DNA of 33,694 nt from Candidatus Dormiibacterota bacterium (lineage in GTDB: Bacteria; Chloroflexota; Dormibacteria; Aeolococcales; Aeolococcaceae). A program made the translations under genes and the position numbers. Under the pieces are notes generated by a model. The model searched no databases and was not told the DNA's origin. It saw only the letters and a list, made by a program, of their open reading frames with translations. Of the stretch, positions 1-8,629 are shown one piece after another (the first letter of the stretch is position 1; each line of letters begins with the position of its first letter). The stretch lies in contig JAFALX010000262.1 in the NCBI GenBank assembly GCA_019234035.1, positions 1 to 33,694 on the forward strand, read 5' to 3'.

Positions 1-487
1 TCTCGGGGCTCAGCTGCTCCTCGACCCGGCGGATGCGGCTCGGACCCTCGTTGCGGTGCCGCGCGGCCACTGCGTCGGTGCTGGCGCGAGCCACCTCCTC
101 GGCGAGCGCCTCCGCGCTGATCGTCGCGACGCCCATGGCGCCGACCAACGCGCGCTGCAGGCGGTCGCCGGTGGCGACCGTCACCTGGCCGGCCTCGCCG
201 TGGCGCGCCCGTCGCTGGGCGAGGCGCTCGATGACGTGATCGGCGGACGCGGCCTTGGTGCCGAAGCGGACGGTGACGCCGTCGAGGACCGCGGGTGGCT
301 CCGCCGTCTCGGTGCGTTCGTGTGAGTCGAACACCACGGTCACCTGCACGCCGCTGTGCGCCGAGTACTCGCTGAGTGCGTGGACGAGCTGATCGCGGGC
401 ATCCTCCAGCCCGCGCGTCTGGAGGATGCGCTTCAGTGCCGGCCACGCGTGCACGACGTTGTAGCCGTCGACGATCAGCGTCTGCAT
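1..487 (-). CDS. NYN-domain ribonuclease, YacP/Rae1-like (3-prime end runs off the window)
   Basis: ATG at 487-485. Translation MQTLIVDGYNVVHAWPALKRIL...VQVTVVFDS...SADHVIERLA...VTVATGD resembles B. subtilis YacP/Rae1. It lies directly downstream of rlmB, as in Firmicutes. It is absent from the ORF track because no stop lies inside the window. Confidence 0.75.
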   Translation of the reverse strand, partial: MQTLIVDGYNVVHAWPALKRILQTRGLEDARDQLVHALSEYSAHSGVQVTVVFDSHERTETAEPPAVLDGVTVRFGTKAASADHVIERLAQRRARHGEAGQVTVATGDRLQRALVGAMGVATISAEALAEEVARASTDAVAARHRNEGPSRIRRVEEQLSPE

Positions 488-533
488 ACCATGAGTGTCC
501 CCGAAGAGACGCTGTCGGAGGCGCCGCGAAGCG

Positions 534-1268
534 TCAGCTCGCGACAAAGCCCCGCTGGCGCTGCACCTCGTACAGGAGCACCGCAGCTGCCGCGCCGGCG
601 TTGAGCGACGCGACGCGGCCGAGCATCGGCAGCGCGACCAGCGCGTCGCAGTGCTGCCGGGTGAGCTGGTGCAGCCCGCGGCTCTCGGCGCCGACCACCA
701 GCAGCACGGGCTGGGTGAAGTCGAACTCGTCGTAGCGCATCGCCCCCTCGGCGTCGAGGCCCACGCGAGCGATCCCGGCTGCCGCGATCGTTTCGAGCGC
801 CAGCGCCAGGTTGGGGACCGTACTGATGTTCACGTGCTCGATGGCGCCGGCGGATGCCTTCGCCGCCGCCCCGGTCAGCGACGCGGCGTGCCGCCGCGAG
901 ACGACCACCCCGTCGACCGCACACGCCTCGGCCGAGCGCACGATGGCGCCCAGGTTCTGCGGATCCTGGATGCCGTCGAGCGCCAGGAGCAGCGCGGGCG
1001 GGCGAACCGCGTCGAGCAGATCGTGCAGGTGCAGCGGCACGCGCGTGTGGAAATACCCCGCGATCCCCTGGTGGTGCTCCGTGTGCGCGATGTCGTCGAC
1101 GCGGCGCCGCGGCGAGGTCTCGACCGGGACGCCTGCGGCTGCGGCGCGCTCGAGGATCTCGCGGATGCGACCGTCCTCACGAATGCCCTCGGCGACCACG
1201 AGCTTGCGCGCCGGCCGCCGCGCCCGCAGTGCCTCGAGCACGGGATTGCGTCCGTAGATCACGTCCAC
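534..1268 (-). CDS. rlmB: 23S rRNA (guanosine-2'-O)-methyltransferase RlmB (SpoU/TrmH family)
   Basis: 244 aa with a GTG start. N-terminal YGRNPVLEAL substrate-binding motif. SpoU motifs LDGIQDPQNLGAIVRSA, LVVGAESRGL and SLNAGAAAAVLLYE. Follows cysS as in Bacillus (yacO). Confidence 0.85.
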   Translation of the reverse strand: MDVIYGRNPVLEALRARRPARKLVVAEGIREDGRIREILERAAAAGVPVETSPRRRVDDIAHTEHHQGIAGYFHTRVPLHLHDLLDAVRPPALLLALDGIQDPQNLGAIVRSAEACAVDGVVVSRRHAASLTGAAAKASAGAIEHVNISTVPNLALALETIAAAGIARVGLDAEGAMRYDEFDFTQPVLLVVGAESRGLHQLTRQHCDALVALPMLGRVASLNAGAAAAVLLYEVQRQRGFVAS

Positions 1269-1280
1269 GTGAAGGCCGGG

Positions 1281-2720
1281 CTAGGCGGACCGCTTCCAGC
1301 GCTGCCCGCCAGGCGTGTCGTCGATGTCGATGCCACGGCGCGCGAGCTCCTCGCGCAGACGGTCGGAGAGCGCGAAATCGCGCGCCTGCCGCGCCGCGGC
1401 GCGTTGCTGCAGCAGCGACTCCTCCTCCTCGTCGAGCCCGCCGGCCAGCTCGCGCTCGCGATCGACGAGCGGGAACACGCCGAGCACGTCGTCCACCTCG
1501 TCAAGGAGGCTGCGCACTGCGTGGAGCGCCTCGCCGCCGCTCGGCGCGCCGTCCAGCACGCGGTTGATGTCGCGCAGCGACGCGAACACGGCGCCCATCG
1601 CCTCGGGCAGGTTGAGGTCGTCGTCCATGGCATCGTCGAACCCTGTGCGCGCCTGGCGCACGGCTGTCAGCACCGCGTCATCCGCGAGCTCGGTGTCCTC
1701 GTCCTCACCGGACGGTTGCAGCTCGCGCAAGCGATCGCGGAAGGACACGAGCCTCTCCACCGCCTCGCGACTCGCCGCCAGCGGCTCATCGGAATAGTTG
1801 AGCGGCTTGCGGTAGTGGGTCGAGGCCGCGAGCAGGTAGCGGAGCGCGGCGGCCGACGCGCCCTGCTCGAGCACCTCGGGCACACGCAGGAACCGTCCGG
1901 TGCGGCGCGCCATCTTCTCGCCGTCGACGCGCAGGTGTTCGCTGTGCACCCACATGCGCACGAACTGCTTGTGCGTCGCCGCCTCGGACTGCGCGATCTC
2001 GTTCTCGTGATGGGGAAAGATGTTGTCGACACCGCCGCAATGGATGTCGAAGCTCTCGCCGAGCAGCGTCATGCTCATCGCCGAGCACTCGATGTGCCAC
2101 CCGGGATGGCCGCGGCCGAACGGTGAGTCCCACCCCGCCTGCCCCGGGGCAACCGCTTTCCAGAGCGCGAAGTCGCGCACGTCCTCCTTGGTGTAATCGT
2201 CTGCGTCGACGCGTCCACTCGCGCCCGCGATGAGCTGGTCGGCGCTGATGCCGCTCAGCCGTCCGTATGCGGGAAACGCCGGGATGTGAAAGTAGACGCT
2301 TCCCTCCCTACGATATGCCGCGCCCTCGCGCTCCAACCGTTCGATGAGCTCGACCATCTGCGCGACGTACTCGGTGGCGCGCGGGTAGTGGTGCGCGGGG
2401 CGGATGCCGAGCGTGTCGCGGTCCTCGAAGAACGCCGCGATCCACGGTGCCGTCTCCTCGTCGAGGCTGTGTCCGGACTCGCGTGCGTTGTTGATGATGC
2501 GGTCGTCGACGTCGGTGAGGTTCATCACGTGCACCACGCGCTCGAAACGGCGCTCGAGCCAGCGGCGCAGCACGTCCTCGAAGAGGAATGTGCGGAAGTT
2601 GCCGATGTGCACGCGGTTGTACACGGTCGGTCCGCAGGTGTACATGCGGATCTCCTGGTCGCGCAACGGCTCGACCGGCTGCAGGCGTCGCGTCAGTGTG
2701 TCGAAGAGGCGCAGCGTCAT
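1281..2720 (-). CDS. cysS: Cysteine--tRNA ligase
   Basis: Internal ATG at 2720 (MTLRLFDTLTRR...). The Arg-rich extension of the track ORF up to 3215 overlaps ispF and is rejected. Motifs present: CGPTVYNRVHIGN (HIGH), WHIECSAM (Zn site) and a KMSKS position reading KMARR. The start forms an ATGA overlap with the ispF stop. Confidence 0.93.
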   Translation of the reverse strand: MTLRLFDTLTRRLQPVEPLRDQEIRMYTCGPTVYNRVHIGNFRTFLFEDVLRRWLERRFERVVHVMNLTDVDDRIINNARESGHSLDEETAPWIAAFFEDRDTLGIRPAHHYPRATEYVAQMVELIERLEREGAAYRREGSVYFHIPAFPAYGRLSGISADQLIAGASGRVDADDYTKEDVRDFALWKAVAPGQAGWDSPFGRGHPGWHIECSAMSMTLLGESFDIHCGGVDNIFPHHENEIAQSEAATHKQFVRMWVHSEHLRVDGEKMARRTGRFLRVPEVLEQGASAAALRYLLAASTHYRKPLNYSDEPLAASREAVERLVSFRDRLRELQPSGEDEDTELADDAVLTAVRQARTGFDDAMDDDLNLPEAMGAVFASLRDINRVLDGAPSGGEALHAVRSLLDEVDDVLGVFPLVDRERELAGGLDEEEESLLQQRAAARQARDFALSDRLREELARRGIDIDDTPGGQRWKRSA

Positions 2721-3205
2721 ACGGGGGCGAGCAGGACAGTAGCGGAGGCCCACACACCCTCGCCTCGTCCCGGGAACCCCATGCCGTCGGTCGTGGTGGC
2801 CCCCACGTGCACGGCTGTGTCGGCGACACCCAACGCCTGCGCCATCGCGTGCGCCATCGCATCGAGGTGCGGGGCCAGCCGCGGCTCCTCGGCCACCGCG
2901 ACGACGTGGGCGGACACCAGCATCCATCCCGCCTCGCGGATCGTCTCCGCGACGCGGCTGAGAAAGTCGCATCCCGAGGTGTCCTTCCAGCGCGGATCGT
3001 TGGACGGGAAGAAGCGCCCCATGTCGCCCATGGCGGCGGCGCCGAGCATCGCGTCCGCAAGCGCGTGCGCGATGGCGTCGCCATCGGAGTGGCCCAGGAG
3101 GCCGCGCTCGTACGGCACGTGCACGCCGCCGAGCATGAGCGGCCGTCCGGGGATGAAGCGATGCGCGTCGATGCCGTGGCCGATGCGCAGCGATGGCAGG
3201 CTCAT
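2717..3205 (-). CDS. ispF: 2-C-methyl-D-erythritol 2,4-cyclodiphosphate synthase
   Basis: Starts at ATG 3205 (MSLPSLRIGHGIDAHRF...GHSDGDAIAHAL...). These are the classic IspF Zn/substrate motifs. ATGA overlaps occur at both ends, with the ispD stop and the cysS start. Confidence 0.93.
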   Translation of the reverse strand: MSLPSLRIGHGIDAHRFIPGRPLMLGGVHVPYERGLLGHSDGDAIAHALADAMLGAAAMGDMGRFFPSNDPRWKDTSGCDFLSRVAETIREAGWMLVSAHVVAVAEEPRLAPHLDAMAHAMAQALGVADTAVHVGATTTDGMGFPGRGEGVWASATVLLAPV

Positions 3206-3828
3206 GGCGGCACACCGAGCAACGCGCGTACCACCTCGAGGTCGTGCGGGTGCGTCACCTTGATATTGCGCGGCTCGCCGGCGACCACGGTGACACCGAC
3301 CCCTGCCTGCTCGACGATGAAGGCGTCGTCGTCCCCGGTCGTGCCCTTCGCCAGCGCCTCCTCGTGCGCGCGTTGCAGCACGGTCGTGCGAAACACCTGC
3401 GGCGTCTGCGTCGCCACCAGCTCGGAACGGTCGAGAGTGCGGATCACGTGCGCGTCGTGGACGACCTTGATCGTATCCACGCAGGGGACCGCTGCGGTGG
3501 CCGCGCCTGTGTCCCTCGCGACCTCGAGCGCGCGGTGCACCACCTCGGCGCCCACCAGCGGGCGGGCGGCGTCGTGGACGCAGACCCACTCGCAGTCGCC
3601 GCACAGCTCCAGTGCGAAGCGCACCGAGTCCTGACGCCGATCGCCGCCCACGGTGAGGCGCGGCGCCGGCAGTCCCGAGGCGGACACGAGACTGATGATC
3701 GCGTCCCAACGCGGCTTCGGCGACGCGACGACCACGACGTCGAACGCCCGCGACGCGGCGAGCCCGTCGAGTGTGTATGCCAGCAATGGACGGCCGCCGA
3801 TCTCGCACCACAACTTGTCCATCCCCAT
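3202..3828 (-). CDS. ispD: 2-C-methyl-D-erythritol 4-phosphate cytidylyltransferase (true start probably upstream of 3828, near 3873)
   Basis: Body reads ...DKLWCEIGGRPLLAYTL...VHDAARPL...TQTPQVF. The first ATG is at 3828. The conserved N-terminal P-loop (LSTALILPAFGRGTRMG) is encoded in frame just upstream, at 3829-3873, where no ATG/GTG/TTG exists. See the ispD finding. Confidence 0.88.
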   Translation of the reverse strand: MGMDKLWCEIGGRPLLAYTLDGLAASRAFDVVVVASPKPRWDAIISLVSASGLPAPRLTVGGDRRQDSVRFALELCGDCEWVCVHDAARPLVGAEVVHRALEVARDTGAATAAVPCVDTIKVVHDAHVIRTLDRSELVATQTPQVFRTTVLQRAHEEALAKGTTGDDDAFIVEQAGVGVTVVAGEPRNIKVTHPHDLEVVRALLGVPP

Positions 3829-3869
3829 CCTGGTGCCGCGCCCGAAGGCCGGCAGTATCAGCGCCGTGC

Positions 3870-5045
3870 TCAGCGGTGCGCGACCTTCGTGCCGCGCGGG
3901 GTCCGTGCGGGCGCGGCCGGCTCGTCGTCCACGCCGTTGACCGCGGCGAAGATCATGCGGCCCGAGGCCGTCTGCAGCACGCTCGTGACCGTCGCGGTCA
4001 CGGTCTCGTTCTGGCGGTCGCGGCCACGCTCCACGACGACCATGGTGCCGTCCTCGAGGTAGCCGACGCCCTGCAGCGCCTCCTTCCCCTCCTTGACGAT
4101 GGTGACGGTCACCGACTCGCCTGCGGCGAGGATGGGCTTCACCGCGTTCGCCAGGTGGTTGAGGTTGAGCACGCGCACGCCCTCGATGCGGGCCAGGCGG
4201 TTGAGGTTGTAGTCCTGGGTCATGATCGCGGCGCCGCGGACGCGCGCCGTCTTGACCAGCCGGGAGTCCACCTCCGGCGTGCCGGGGAAGTCGAGGTCGA
4301 TGACCTGACAGCGCACGTCGCGCTCCTGCTGCAGCGTCTCCACCACGCCCAGGCCCCGCCGCCCCTTGGCACGGCGGATCGGATCGCCTGAGTCGGCGAT
4401 GCGCTGCAGCTCCTCCAGCACGAAGCCGGGAAGCAGCAGCCGGCCCGGGATGAACCCGGCCGCGGCGACGTCGACGATGCGTCCGTCGATCAGCACACTC
4501 GTGTCCACGACGACCGGCTGGCCGTCGATCGGGCCCTGGTCGTCGGCGTCGATGTCGACACTGGCAGGAACTGCTTCGGCCCGGCTGCGCGAGAACGCAT
4601 CAAAGAACGCGTCGCGGCGGCGGCTGCCCGCACGCACGCCCACGTAGACGAGGGCGACGGCCAGCGCGATCGAGATGATCACGCCGAGATCCCAGGGCAG
4701 TGGCGAGAGCAGCACGGCCACGAGTGCTGCGACGAGCAGCGCCACGATCAGTCCCAGCGTGGCGCCGAGGATCTGGACGGCGGGTGCCTCGTCGAGCATC
4801 CGCTCCAGCCAGAGATAGGGGTCGACGGACAGCAGTGGCGCCGCAATCGCGAGGCAGATGGCGCCGACGACACCAGCGGAGAGCAGCGCCGCCAGCGCCA
4901 CGGTCTTGTTCTGATTCAGGAATCCCGAGGAGTTGCCGACAACGTAGGTGCCGTACAGGATTCCGAGCGCCATGCCCGCGGCGGCGCCGACGAATCGCGA
5001 GAGCGTCCGTGCACGCCGAACGCGCCTTGGGTCGTGCGGAGGCAT
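3870..5045 (-). CDS. PIN + TRAM domain membrane protein (YacL-like)
   Basis: N-terminal TM helices, then VVVDTSVLIDGRIVDVAAAGF...LLPGFVLEELQRIADSGD...RRAKGRRGL (PIN). The C-terminus reads NLNHLANAVKP...VKEGKE..QGVGYLEDGTMVVVE...VTSVLQTASGRMIFA (TRAM) and is colinear with B. subtilis YacL. ATG 5045 was chosen; the track start at 5165 would overlap radA. Confidence 0.85.
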   Translation of the reverse strand: MPPHDPRRVRRARTLSRFVGAAAGMALGILYGTYVVGNSSGFLNQNKTVALAALLSAGVVGAICLAIAAPLLSVDPYLWLERMLDEAPAVQILGATLGLIVALLVAALVAVLLSPLPWDLGVIISIALAVALVYVGVRAGSRRRDAFFDAFSRSRAEAVPASVDIDADDQGPIDGQPVVVDTSVLIDGRIVDVAAAGFIPGRLLLPGFVLEELQRIADSGDPIRRAKGRRGLGVVETLQQERDVRCQVIDLDFPGTPEVDSRLVKTARVRGAAIMTQDYNLNRLARIEGVRVLNLNHLANAVKPILAAGESVTVTIVKEGKEALQGVGYLEDGTMVVVERGRDRQNETVTATVTSVLQTASGRMIFAAVNGVDDEPAAPARTPRGTKVAHR

Positions 5046-5100
5046 CGTCACGATTGAACCACAGGCAAATCGAGCCAGCAGCCACGGTGACGCAACGGTC

Positions 5101-6471
5101 TCAGGCCAGATGGCGCAAGGCTTCGCGGAGCGTCGCCACCGAATGCACACGCATCTGTGCGCCATCCGGCAGCGCGGTGCCGGACGGCACGACCACGTCG
5201 GTGACGCCAGCCACCGCCGCCTCCTTCAGGCGCGGACCGAGCCGCGTCACCGGACGCACCTCCCCTCCCAGCCCCACCTCGCCCAGCGCGGCCCATCCCG
5301 CGGGCAGCACCCGGTCGCGGTGCGACCCGGCCAGTGCGAGCGCCACCGCGAGATCGACCCCGGGATCGCCGAGGCGCAACCCGCCCGCCGCGTTGACGAA
5401 GACGTCGCACCCGCCGAACGGAATCGAGCAGCGCTTCTCCATCACCGCCAGCAGCAGGCAGCAGCGGTTGACGTCAAACCCGGAGCACGTCCGGCGCGGG
5501 ATCGCCAGGTTCGTGGGCACGGCGAGCGCCTGCACCTCGACGGCCAGCGGGCGCACGCCGTCGCACGTGACGGTGAGGACGTTGCCGGGTACTCCCAGCG
5601 AGCGCTCGTCGACAAAGGCACGGTGCGGCGCCGTGACCTCACTGAGCCCTTCGCCGTCCATTGCCAGCAGGCCGAGCTCGCCCGTGGATCCGAAGCGGTT
5701 CTTGACCCCGCGGAGCACACGCTGCTCGCCGAGGCGCTCGCCCTCCAGATACAGGACGACGTCGACCATGTGCTCGAGCATTCGCGGCCCTGCGATCGCA
5801 CCTTCCTTGGTGACGTGACCGATCAGCAGCACCGGCACCTCCGACGCCTTGGCCACGGTCACCAGGTGGCAGACCGCCGAGCGCACCTGCGATGGACTGC
5901 CCGGCGGCCCCGCGACGCTCGGGTCGAACAGCGTCTGCATCGAGTCGACGACCGCCACCGCCGGGCGCCGGCGATCGATGGCGGCAACCAGCGCCTCGAC
6001 GTCCGTTTCCACGTACAGGTCGAGTCCGGCGGCCGCACAGCCGAGGCGCTCGGCCCGCCGCGCGATCTGCGCCTCACTCTCTTCGCCGGAGCAGTACAGC
6101 GCGCCGGCGTCGCCGCTCAGCCGCGCGGCCAGCTGGAGCGCGAAGGTCGACTTGCCGACTCCGGGATCGCCCCCGACGAGCACCACCGACCCCGGAACGA
6201 GGCCGCCGCCGAGCACGCGATCGACCTCGGCGAGCCCCGTCGGCAGCGGCGGAACCACGTGGCCGGACACCTCGGCGAGCGCCACCGGCGCCCGTCCCGT
6301 TATCGCTGTGGCACGCGCAACCTCGGCCCGGGGCGCCTCGACGACGGAGTTCCAGTCACCGCACGCCGGGCACCGGCCGCTCCATTTGGGCGTCCCCGCC
6401 CCGCACGCCTCGCAGACGAACGCCGGCCGGGTGTGGCGGCGGGCGGGCTGTGGGACGGCCGAGGCGACCAC
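5101..6471 (-). CDS. radA: DNA repair protein RadA/Sms
   Basis: 456 aa with a GTG start. Zinc finger CEACG...CPACG, Walker A GDPGVGKST, KNRFG motif (VKNRFGSTGELG) and a Lon-like C-terminal domain. Confidence 0.95.
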   Translation of the reverse strand: MVASAVPQPARRHTRPAFVCEACGAGTPKWSGRCPACGDWNSVVEAPRAEVARATAITGRAPVALAEVSGHVVPPLPTGLAEVDRVLGGGLVPGSVVLVGGDPGVGKSTFALQLAARLSGDAGALYCSGEESEAQIARRAERLGCAAAGLDLYVETDVEALVAAIDRRRPAVAVVDSMQTLFDPSVAGPPGSPSQVRSAVCHLVTVAKASEVPVLLIGHVTKEGAIAGPRMLEHMVDVVLYLEGERLGEQRVLRGVKNRFGSTGELGLLAMDGEGLSEVTAPHRAFVDERSLGVPGNVLTVTCDGVRPLAVEVQALAVPTNLAIPRRTCSGFDVNRCCLLLAVMEKRCSIPFGGCDVFVNAAGGLRLGDPGVDLAVALALAGSHRDRVLPAGWAALGEVGLGGEVRPVTRLGPRLKEAAVAGVTDVVVPSGTALPDGAQMRVHSVATLREALRHLA

Positions 6472-6477
6472 CGCACG

Positions 6478-6483
6478 AGTATA
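6478..6483 (-). promoter_or_regulatory. Putative -10 (TATACT) of radA, 6 nt upstream of the GTG start (leaderless geometry)
   Basis: The minus strand reads GTTCGC-TATACT-CGTGCG-GTG. Confidence 0.45.
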
Positions 6484-6499
6484 GCGAACGTACGTTCGC
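6484..6499. promoter_or_regulatory. Candidate LexA operator (SOS / Cheo-type box) upstream of radA
   Basis: GCGAACGTACGTTCGC is a perfect 16-nt palindrome containing GAAC-N4-GTTC. It abuts the putative radA -10 (TATACT, 6478-6483). Confidence 0.55.
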
Positions 6500-6527
6500 C
6501 TTACCCATGCTCGGCTGCGCCGCGGGG

Positions 6528-8600
6528 TTACCGCCGAGCCGGCGCCCGCCGGCGACCCTGCCCTCGCGCCGAGGGCCGGCGGTTGCCCGATGACTCGAGC
6601 TCCAGCTCGGACTGCCTGCCGTCGAGCACGCCCTCGAGGCGGCGGCGCAGCTCGGTGAGGCGGTCGCGCAGCTCGGCGGCGCGCTCGAACTCGAGATCGC
6701 GCGCGGCGCGCAGCATCTCCTTCTCCACGTCCCGTGCGAGGCGGAGCGCCTCATCGGGCGGCAGCCCTGCGGACTCCTGGAACGCAACCGCGCGCAGCGA
6801 CGCCTCGTCGCGCCGCGACTCGAGCTGGTACACCGCCTTCACGATCGACTGCGGCGTGATGCCGTTGGCTTCGTTGAACGCGACCTGCAGCGCTCGGCGC
6901 CGGTCGGTCTCCGCGATGGCGCGTCGCATCGCGTCCGACATCCTGTCGGCGTACATCACCACGTGGCCGAACACGTTGCGCGCGGCGCGCCCGGTCGTCT
7001 GGATCAGCGAGCGGTAGCCGCGGAGGTAGCCCTCCTTGTCGGCGTCCAGGATGGCGATGAAGGACACCTCGGGGAGGTCGAGGCCCTCGCGGAGCAGGTT
7101 GATGCCGACAAGGACGTCAAATACTCCGAGGCGCAGGTCGCGGATGATCTCCACCCGCTCCAGGGTGTCGATGTCGCTGTGCAGATAACGAACTTTGATG
7201 CCCGCCTCGCGCAGGTAGTCGGTGAGGTCCTCGGCCATCTTCTTGGTCAGCGTCGTGATCAGGCAGCGCTCGTGCCGCGAGATGCGCTGCCGCAGCTGGA
7301 CGATGAGGTCGTCGATCTGCCCTTCGGACTTCTTCACCTCGACCGTCGGATCGACCAGCCCGGTCGGACGGATGATCTGCTCCACCGCCGCGGACGCGTG
7401 CTCCTCCTCGTAGGGACCGGGCGTCGCGCTCGTGTAGATGATCTGGCCGACCATCGAATCCCATTCGGCGAACGTCAGCGGCCGGTTGTCGAGCGCGGAC
7501 GGCAGCCGGAAGCCGTACTCGACCAGGGGGATCTTGCGGGCGCGGTCACCCTTGTACATGCCATCGATCTGCGGCACCGCGACGTGCGACTCATCCACGA
7601 CGATCAGCGCGTCGCCGGGCAGGAAGTCCAGCAGGCAGAACGGACGCTGCCCCTCGGCGCGCGCGGTGAGGTGCCGTGAGTAGTTCTCGATGCCGGCGCA
7701 CGTGCCGGTCTCGCGCATCATCTCCATGTCGAAGTTGGTGCGCTGCCGCAGGCGCTGCGCCTCCAGCAGGCGGCCGCGCAGCTCGAGCTGCCCCACACGC
7801 TCGTTGAGCTCGTTCTCGATGAGCTCCAACGCCGTCTTCATCTGCTCGGCCGGCGTCACGTAGTGCGATGCGGGGAAGACCGTGACCTCCTCGCGCGTGG
7901 TGAGGATCTCACCGGTCAGCGGGTCGAACTCCTTGATGCTCTCGACCTCGTCGCCGTAGAACTCGATCCGCGTCGCCACCTCCTCGTACGCCGGCTGCAC
8001 GTCGACGACATCACCGCGCACGCGGAACTTGGAGCGGCCGAAGTCGATGTCGTTGCGCGAGTACTGCAGGTCGGCGAACTTCCGCAGCACGATGTCGCGC
8101 CGCCAGCGCTCGCCGGTCTTCAGCGTGATCGACTCGCCCAGGTAGTTCTCGGGTGAGCCGATGCCGTAGATGCAGGACACCGAGGCCACCACGACCACGT
8201 CGCGACGGGTGAGCAGCGCCCGTGTCGCGCTGTTGCGCAGGCGGTCGATCTCGTCGTTGCGCGTCGAGTCCTTCTCGATGTACGTGTCGGTGCGCGCGAT
8301 GTACGCCTCCGGCTGGTAGAAGTCGTAGTAGGAGACGAAGTACTCCACCGCGTTCTTCGGGAAGAACTCGCGGAACTCCGCCCAGAGCTGCGCCGCGAGC
8401 GTCTTGTTCGGCGACAGGATCAGCGTGGGCCGCTGCTGCGCCGCGATGACGTTCGCGACCGTGTACGTCTTGCCCGAGCCGGTGACCCCGAGGAGGATCT
8501 GCTCGCGAAGCCCGTCGCCGATGCCGGCATTGAGCCGCTCGATGGCCCGCGGCTGGTCGCCCGCCGGCGCGAACGGCGCTACGAGATCAAAGTCGGCCAC
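6528..8600 (-). CDS. uvrB: Excinuclease ABC subunit B
   Basis: 690 aa with a GTG start. Motifs [19 protein letters not shown] and DESH, helicase motifs, and the C-terminal UVR domain ([12 protein letters not shown]). Confidence 0.97.
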   Translation of the reverse strand: MADFDLVAPFAPAGDQPRAIERLNAGIGDGLREQILLGVTGSGKTYTVANVIAAQQRPTLILSPNKTLAAQLWAEFREFFPKNAVEYFVSYYDFYQPEAYIARTDTYIEKDSTRNDEIDRLRNSATRALLTRRDVVVVASVSCIYGIGSPENYLGESITLKTGERWRRDIVLRKFADLQYSRNDIDFGRSKFRVRGDVVDVQPAYEEVATRIEFYGDEVESIKEFDPLTGEILTTREEVTVFPASHYVTPAEQMKTALELIENELNERVGQLELRGRLLEAQRLRQRTNFDMEMMRETGTCAGIENYSRHLTARAEGQRPFCLLDFLPGDALIVVDESHVAVPQIDGMYKGDRARKIPLVEYGFRLPSALDNRPLTFAEWDSMVGQIIYTSATPGPYEEEHASAAVEQIIRPTGLVDPTVEVKKSEGQIDDLIVQLRQRISRHERCLITTLTKKMAEDLTDYLREAGIKVRYLHSDIDTLERVEIIRDLRLGVFDVLVGINLLREGLDLPEVSFIAILDADKEGYLRGYRSLIQTTGRAARNVFGHVVMYADRMSDAMRRAIAETDRRRALQVAFNEANGITPQSIVKAVYQLESRRDEASLRAVAFQESAGLPPDEALRLARDVEKEMLRAARDLEFERAAELRDRLTELRRRLEGVLDGRQSELELESSGNRRPSARGQGRRRAPARR

Positions 8601-8606
8601 GGATCG

Positions 8607-8612
8607 AGTGTA
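8607..8612 (-). promoter_or_regulatory. Putative -10 (TACACT) of uvrB, 6 nt upstream of the GTG start
   Basis: The minus strand reads GGA-TACACT-CGATCC-GTG. No SD is possible in the 6-nt gap. Confidence 0.45.
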
Positions 8613-8629
8613 TCCGTGAGCTCAGCGGC

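Noticed and set aside
495-2126. Long ORFs antisense to or out of frame with the conserved genes. Examples: 495-2126(+), 4948-7017(+), 20777-22771(+), 27792-29855(+), 23595-24827(-), 14758-15909(-) and 21873-23294(-).
   Set aside because: Their translations are Arg/Ala/Pro/Gly-rich low-complexity strings with no recognisable motifs. Each is fully covered by a gene with strong family signatures in another frame. This is the typical open-frame artefact of very GC-rich DNA.
2721-3215. N-terminal extensions suggested by the ORF track. They affect cysS (to 3215), ispF (to 3811), the PIN/TRAM gene (to 5165), GT4 (to 10246), the ECF sigma gene (to 17767), the lipoprotein (to 26888) and the methyltransferase (from 22826).
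   Set aside because: The extensions overlap the upstream conserved gene and are Arg-rich nonsense. Internal starts reproduce family-typical N-termini and give ATGA-type couplings.
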